A stretch of DNA of 64,000 bases from Diadema antillarum (Eukaryota), in contig NW_027272284.1 in the NCBI RefSeq assembly GCF_040938485.1, positions 744,001 to 808,000 of the forward strand, read 5' to 3'. A program made the translations under genes and the position numbers. Under the pieces are notes generated by a model, which had not been told where the DNA came from, did not search any database, and was given only the letters and a program-made list of their open reading frames with translations. Shown here one piece after another: positions 61,301-64,000 of the stretch. Every line of letters starts with the position of its first letter. Positions within the stretch are counted from its first letter, which is position 1.

Positions 61301-63896
61301 TTATCAAGTGAGTGAATGCTTGTTCACAAATCTGGACAAGTAATAAATAGGCAAGATAATTGTGATAATAATGAAAGAAAAATTATGTGGCATCATGGTG
61401 TAACCATTTGATATCAAATTCTAATTTTCATGTTTGTCATGTAACTTTTGATGCGCTGAAACAAAGTAAATTTAGCATTTTTATCATAACTTATATGATC
61501 ATTATTATCACTCATTATTTTTGTCATTAAATTACTACTAGTGTCAAGGAATCAATATTGTTGAGTTTAAGAACAATGTTGACCTTTGTTGATGAGACTA
61601 TAGTAAAATATCTGAATATCCTAAATTTGGAAGACACGAATTATTTTGTGTCATTTTTCATGTGATTGCATAGAATGTGATGACCAGAAGTTTCAGTCTA
61701 TAGTAGCCAAGTGGTACAGTAATCAGTCTGTTTCTCAGAAAATCAGTGTTTTCTGATGAAACATTTCAAGTGTTAAAACTACATTGTATATGGACACTTC
61801 AAAGCAGTACAAGCAGCATTTCAGAGTTTGATGGATAATATAATCACTGTTCAGTATTGGAGTTATTTCTGTGATTGTCCGTAGTAACATAAAGGTGAGT
61901 GTATGGGACTAAAGGGCCAGTGCTGATTGTCTTTGTGTTTTGTATGCCGCACAGGTAGCAGTGTAGACAGCTTAGAGAGGTATAATAACTCAGTGCCTTC
62001 CACCGAGGAGCCAGTACTACAGAGGAACAGCCGGGTCCCCGTCGGTTGTTACGCCTCTAGGTTATCAAGTGTCAGTGTAGACCTACCAGGTAGGCTAGTC
62101 TCATTTCAGGCTTGATACCAACACAGAAATTCCATTATTGTTAATGTTATTATTTTTTTTTTAACAGGATTTGATTTAATATTGTGTGTTGATTACTTCT
62201 GATGTTATACAAGTAGTGAATAGTTATGAGTGTGATGGTACAAGATTTTATATGAGGTGAAAGATGAGACGCTCTAGTAATATTCAACTCGGTTTTGCCT
62301 CGTTGAATAGTGTGCCTCCTCTTTCACCGAGTGTGAAATCTTGTTCCATTGCAGGAATTAAGACCATACACTATTTGTTTTATGCAACACCTCAGATGTC
62401 AACAGATGTGGTCCACACAGATTCTTGAATTTAGCACAGAAAAGGTAACCATTCTTCGTGAAAAGAGAATGAGTAGCACAGTCACAGTCAGTCTAGGGAT
62501 GTAGTTGTATATGTACGTACACAAAACCAATCAGTTGAGGTTGTTTACAGTAAAACAAGTAACAAAATACGAGCTTGTAAGCTCGCTTGTAATTGTTGAG
62601 TGCACGCAGCAAAAAAAGGTTTATTTATTGTGACATCAGAGCCGTGCAATGGAACAAAAACTTTGAGCCAATCAAGAGTTTAACTCAAGAGTCAATGGAA
62701 ATGGGTGACGTCAGCCACGCGATATCTAATCCTGCTCAAACAGAATTGCACGGCTGACAGCGCCAGCATGTAAAGGAACCTTTAACTGCATGTCACATGA
62801 TGAATAATTGACCAATCGGATAGCTGCATTCTTTTTTGGTGTCGCATAAACTCACAGTGTAGTGTATGTAATTATGTCCACTGAGATTTACCATTTTGTG
62901 TGTGTGATTAGTCAACTGTATTTTGATCACATGACCAGGGTCAGGAATCAAGGATTTCATCACTCGCTACGTCTTCGCCGTTCACCTAATATATGCTCTT
63001 TTGTCTGGAAGGACGGTTGTCATAGCAGCGTCCCCCGTCAGAGAAAGGTCAGACATGGGTTTAATCCCAGTGCTATTTTAATAGCAAAAATTATCAATGT
63101 TCTTTGTGTGCTGATTGACACTTCAGCTGGCGTGCTTTTAATTTCTGATGAAAGCCAAAACATAATTCTCAGAATGGCGGAAAATTCATCTTCCACCATT
63201 TGCAATTTGCTTGCAATAATTATATTGAAGAGGGTCTACTAACAAAGAATCAAAGAAAACAATGTACAATGTAACAAAGAAAGCTGTGTATGATTGTAAA
63301 TATAGTTGTGACATCCTTTTTCATTCATGATTGCTTGACTTTATCAATTCAATTCATCATTTGAAACATTGTGCATTTTAGGTTTTTTTTCCATTTCTTT
63401 TTTTCTTTTTTTTCTTTTTTTTTTGGGGGGGGGGGACATATTCTATAATCTACTGTGTACGCCAAATATTTCGCGAGTCTAAATTTTCGCAAATCGGGAA
63501 TTTCCGACGATTTCACGATTGGTTCAATTCGCGATCATGGAGTTCTGAACTGAACGGAGAAGTGTACATGCGTACATCACATTCACATCGGGATCAGAGT
63601 CCATATTTTCGCGTGTCTTTACTTTCGCGAAGAGCACCTGACTCGGGGAAAGTCGTGAAAATAAAAACCTCTCGAAATATTCGGCGTATACAGTATATAC
63701 ATTGTACATGTACGTAGTTTATACTTAGTTTTGATTTCTTTGCATTGGTGATCATTATCTTTCATGCATAATGCCTATCCCTCTACTGTTAGTTTACCTT
63801 TTCAACAAGTAAATATATATATTTTTACATTCTTTTCCACAGAGAGGTCAACGCACTCATTAGGACCCTATGGTTGTTTGTTCCTGGCCATTCAAG
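8659..63896 (+). CDS. SMCR8: SMCR8-family guanine nucleotide exchange/GAP protein (uDENN/longin + DENN; C9orf72-WDR41 partner); multi-exon, 3' end beyond window
   Basis: Sixteen GT-AG exons join with consistent phases into one open frame. It contains SMCR8 signature blocks: [70 protein letters not shown] and [14 protein letters not shown]. These correspond to recalled human [70 protein letters not shown] and LVTALAIFVP. Confidence 0.93.
10542..10730. mobile_element. Palindromic hairpin element (Crypton-type non-autonomous architecture, tentative)
   Basis: Perfect 17-bp stem CCACTGGTCTATTCAAC (10610-26) / GTTGAATAGACCAGTGG (10644-60) inside longer imperfect arms ending cgaataatttatga / tcataaattattcg. 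Confidence 0.65.
12400..15400 (-). pseudogene. Possible decayed multi-exon gene relic (unidentified; possibly transposon-derived), antisense in SMCR8 intron 1
   Basis: Long single minus-strand frames with protein-like text broken by scattered stops (e.g. [43 protein letters not shown]; [32 protein letters not shown]) and a short GT-AG intron-like gap near 14970-15020. Confidence 0.3.
14106..14259. mobile_element. Degenerate MITE with internal (TTAGGG)-like array
   Basis: IR GGGCAATTACC / GGTAATTGTCC flanking degenerate gggtta repeats. Confidence 0.55.
15780..16802. mobile_element. About 1-kb non-autonomous DNA transposon with 33-bp perfect TIRs
   Basis: GCATGGAGCTACCAAAAAGATGGAGTAACAACG (15780-15812) and its exact complement (16770-16802); TTAAA on both flanks; CpG-rich interior. 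Confidence 0.85.
17940..18104. mobile_element. About 88-bp piggyBac-type MITE (18017-18104) with an upstream 77-bp partial tandem duplication
   Basis: TTAA|CCCGTTGAGGAC...CAACAGG|TTAA; duplicated left half at 17940 including the flank atcaaagattaa. Confidence 0.75.
18381..18481 (+). CDS. SMCR8: SMCR8 coding exon 2
   Basis: ttgcag|[33 protein letters not shown](T)|gtaagt; 101 nt. Confidence 0.9.
18608..19826 (+). mobile_element. Helentron-associated / DINE-like element
   Basis: T-run, subterminal IR ATGCCTCCGCC (18613) / GGCGGAGGCAT (19789), (GTCC)n at about 18660-18762, internal GGTCAAAGGTCA repeats, 3' stem-loop GTCGC-cata-GCGAC and CTAGTT end. Confidence 0.8.
21885..22260 (+). repeat. Minisatellite of alternating about 56-bp and 70-bp monomers (about 126-bp dimer) with core GGGAAACGCGGGAGTTACAAAGCTCG
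   Basis: cacccctcccata recurs at 21933, 22059 and 22183 (periods 126 and 124); further copies occur at about 23000-23100 and 23330-23490. Confidence 0.9.
25100..30350 (+). repeat. Tandem macro-repeat of about 1.15-kb units (roughly 4.5-5 copies)
   Basis: Marker GAGGAGGGATTACGGGGTAATT at 26682, 27839, 28984 and 30119 (periods 1157, 1145, 1135). A degenerate copy lies at about 25500 and a related module at 22695. Confidence 0.92.
33936..34005 (+). CDS. SMCR8: SMCR8 coding exon 3
   Basis: tccag|(T)[23 protein letters not shown]|gtaagt; 70 nt, restores phase 0. Confidence 0.88.
37218..37402. mobile_element. hAT-type MITE with apparent 5-bp TSD (CACAT)
   Basis: Ends CAGGGTTCGAAATT / AAGTGCGACCCCTG; CACAT at 37213-17 and 37403-07. 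Confidence 0.65.
38398..38482. mobile_element. piggyBac-type MITE, same family, opposite orientation
   Basis: TTAA|CCC...gcaaaatcagcctgtcctaaacGGG|TTAA. Confidence 0.7.
41642..41842. mobile_element. TA-flanked MITE (CTGTAAAAC...GTTTTACAG), TTCGCGAA-rich
   Basis: TA TSD on both sides; inverted homolog of 55163-55327. Confidence 0.8.
42016..42098 (+). CDS. SMCR8: SMCR8 coding exon 4 (arginine-finger motif)
   Basis: tttcag|[27 protein letters not shown]|gtgagt; 83 nt. Confidence 0.95.
42285..42988. mobile_element. About 700-bp TIR element
   Basis: ATGTGACCCTGCATCACAAAAC / GTTTTGTGATGCACAGTCACAT. Confidence 0.65.
43115..43505. repeat. Degenerate (TTC/ATC)n pyrimidine-rich tract
   Basis: About 390 bp almost devoid of G on the plus strand. 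Confidence 0.85.
43686..44082. mobile_element. About 400-bp TTAA-flanked Kolobok-like MITE (copy 1)
   Basis: TTAA|AGGGATGGTGTAGTTTT ... AAAACTATATCATCCCT|TTAA; homologous to 50487-50866 and 51562-51931. Confidence 0.8.
44722..44852 (+). CDS. SMCR8: SMCR8 coding exon 5
   Basis: ctgcag|(N)[43 protein letters not shown]|gtttgt; 131 nt. Confidence 0.88.
45424..45941 (+). CDS. SMCR8: SMCR8 coding exon 6 (Asn/Ser/His-rich then acidic insertion, probable coiled-coil flanks)
   Basis: ctcatag|(E)[16 protein letters not shown]...[11 protein letters not shown]|gtgagt; 518 nt; within ORF 45345..45998. Confidence 0.85.
46185..46407. mobile_element. TA-type MITE (CTGTATAAGCTGTTATTTT...)
   Basis: IR CTGTATAAGCTGTTATTTTTGCGA / TTGCGAAAATAACAGCATATACAG. 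Confidence 0.75.
47856..48021 (+). CDS. SMCR8: SMCR8 coding exon 7
   Basis: ttacag|[21 protein letters not shown]...RNRIRK|gtaagt; 166 nt. Confidence 0.85.
48784..48968 (+). CDS. SMCR8: SMCR8 coding exon 8
   Basis: aaccag|(R)[61 protein letters not shown]|gtgag; 185 nt. Confidence 0.9.
50085..50441. mobile_element. 357-bp near-perfect palindromic MITE, TTAA-flanked (Kolobok-like AG...CT ends)
   Basis: TTAA|AGGGGAAGGCTAGTAACTGATCAGTGGG ... CCCACTGATCAGTTACTAGCCTTCCCCT|TTAA; ORFs 50138(+) and 50182(-) mirror each other. Confidence 0.9.
50487..50866. mobile_element. Kolobok-like MITE (copy 2)
   Basis: AGGGATGGTATAGTATTGG ... GATCCCT|TTAA; shares internal blocks (aagaggaattcaa, gctgaga, aaactttgaat) with 43686. 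Confidence 0.75.
50921..51045 (+). CDS. SMCR8: SMCR8 coding exon 9
   Basis: ccttag|[41 protein letters not shown](L)|gtgagt; 125 nt. Confidence 0.87.
51562..51931. mobile_element. Kolobok-like MITE (copy 3, degenerate ends)
   Basis: gatgggggattcagattttaac and ggtgggtcccacc blocks shared with the other copies. Confidence 0.7.
52020..52059 (+). CDS. SMCR8: SMCR8 coding exon 10 (40-nt small exon)
   Basis: Long pyrimidine tract, tttcag|(L)[13 protein letters not shown]|gtgagt; converts phase 2 to phase 0 as required. Confidence 0.75.
52349..53527 (+). mobile_element. Helentron-associated / DINE-like element, second family
   Basis: T-run, subterminal IR GCTCACCTGAG (52356) / CTCAGGTGAGC (53493), CGTC-type microsatellite, internal repeats with caccaaacttggc, 3' stem-loop GACC-ctct-GGTC then TCTTGTT. 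Confidence 0.78.
55163..55327. mobile_element. TA-flanked MITE, same family as 41642
   Basis: TA|CTGTAAAACGAGGAATGTTC...GAGAGCCAAGATTCGC...GTTTTACAG|TA. Confidence 0.8.
55554..55672 (+). CDS. SMCR8: SMCR8 coding exon 11
   Basis: caccag|[39 protein letters not shown](E)|gtaagt; 119 nt. Confidence 0.78.
56153..56597. mobile_element. PIF/Harbinger-like MITE with 3-bp TSD (CAT)
   Basis: Ends GGCTGCGTTCGAGTGCT / AGCACTCGAATGCACCC; CAT at 56150-52 and 56598-600; internal GGTAC repeats. Confidence 0.7.
56634..57151. mobile_element. TA-flanked MITE (CTGTATACGCTATA...)
   Basis: TA|CTGTATACGCTATAATTTTCGCG ... CGCGAAATATATAGCGTATACAG|TA. Confidence 0.8.
57300..57460 (+). CDS. SMCR8: SMCR8 coding exon 12
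   Basis: tatcag|(E)[53 protein letters not shown]|gttagt; 161 nt. Confidence 0.78.
57479..57564. mobile_element. piggyBac-type MITE, same family, opposite orientation
   Basis: TTAA|CTCG...caggtgtctatgggaaatg...gtcctcaatGGG|TTAA, 18 bp downstream of the exon 12 donor. Confidence 0.7.
59630..59720. repeat. Poly-C and (CAC/CAT)n microsatellite
   Basis: Directly visible; source of spurious poly-His/poly-Pro ORFs. Confidence 0.85.
59843..60073 (+). CDS. SMCR8: SMCR8 coding exon 13 (acidic poly-Glu tract; alternative in-frame acceptor at 59816)
   Basis: ctttccactcag|(V)[39 protein letters not shown]...TSEREE|gtacac; phase 1 to 1. Confidence 0.68.
61955..62089 (+). CDS. SMCR8: SMCR8 coding exon 14
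   Basis: gcacag|(G)[44 protein letters not shown]|gtaggc; 135 nt. Confidence 0.75.
62236..62350. mobile_element. Palindromic hairpin element related in architecture to 10542-10730
   Basis: TATTCAAC-tcggttttgcctc-GTTGAATA core with outer arms atggtacaagatt..ggtgaaaga / tctttcacc..aatcttgttccat. Confidence 0.55.
62939..63047 (+). CDS. SMCR8: SMCR8 coding exon 15 (start of cDENN)
   Basis: gaccag|(G)[35 protein letters not shown](R)|gtcaga; 109 nt. Confidence 0.88.
63453..63693. mobile_element. TA-flanked MITE (CTGTGTACGCC...GGCGTATACAG)
   Basis: TA TSD, IR ends and multiple TTCGCGA motifs. Confidence 0.78.
63843..63896 (+). CDS. SMCR8: SMCR8 coding exon 16
   Basis: ttccacag|(R)[17 protein letters not shown]|gtaagt; 54 nt. 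Confidence 0.85.
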
Positions 63897-64000
63897 GTAA
63901 GTGTGCTACTTTGTTAATAAGAGGAGAGTCAAGCTATTCAAGGCCAAAATCTCCCCTGTCCCTTGAACTTCACAGTGATAAAGATGTGTGTAAGGTCAGG

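Noticed and set aside
1-64000. tRNA, rRNA or snoRNA genes
   Set aside because: I found no recognisable A/B-box cloverleaf or rRNA sequence by inspection; intronic snoRNAs cannot be excluded without an Infernal/Rfam scan.

Overview
Eukaryotic, AT-rich, repeat-dense genomic DNA from an animal with TTAGGG-type repeats. The repeat repertoire suggests an invertebrate deuterostome such as a sea urchin (inference). Two spliced genes lie head-to-head. The first two coding exons of HIKESHI are on the minus strand (2790->864; the rest lies off the left edge). An intron-rich SMCR8-family DENN-domain gene is on the plus strand (ATG 8659, 16 phase-consistent coding exons traced to 63896, about 820 aa so far, continuing off the right edge). 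Its introns contain many non-autonomous DNA elements: Helentron/DINE-like elements, TA-, TTAA-, 3-bp- and 5-bp-TSD MITEs, palindromic hairpin elements and telomere-repeat-bearing MITEs, plus what look like decayed antisense spliced-gene relics. The most unusual structure is a 10.8-kb TA-flanked, TIR-bounded element (21031-31836) in SMCR8 coding intron 2. It has no transposase ORF and is filled with a hierarchical satellite (about 56-bp monomer, 126-bp dimer, 1.15-kb macro-unit) built around the same CGCGGGA motif that is repeated in its own termini. Most entries in the ORF track are spurious products of repeats or low-complexity DNA.
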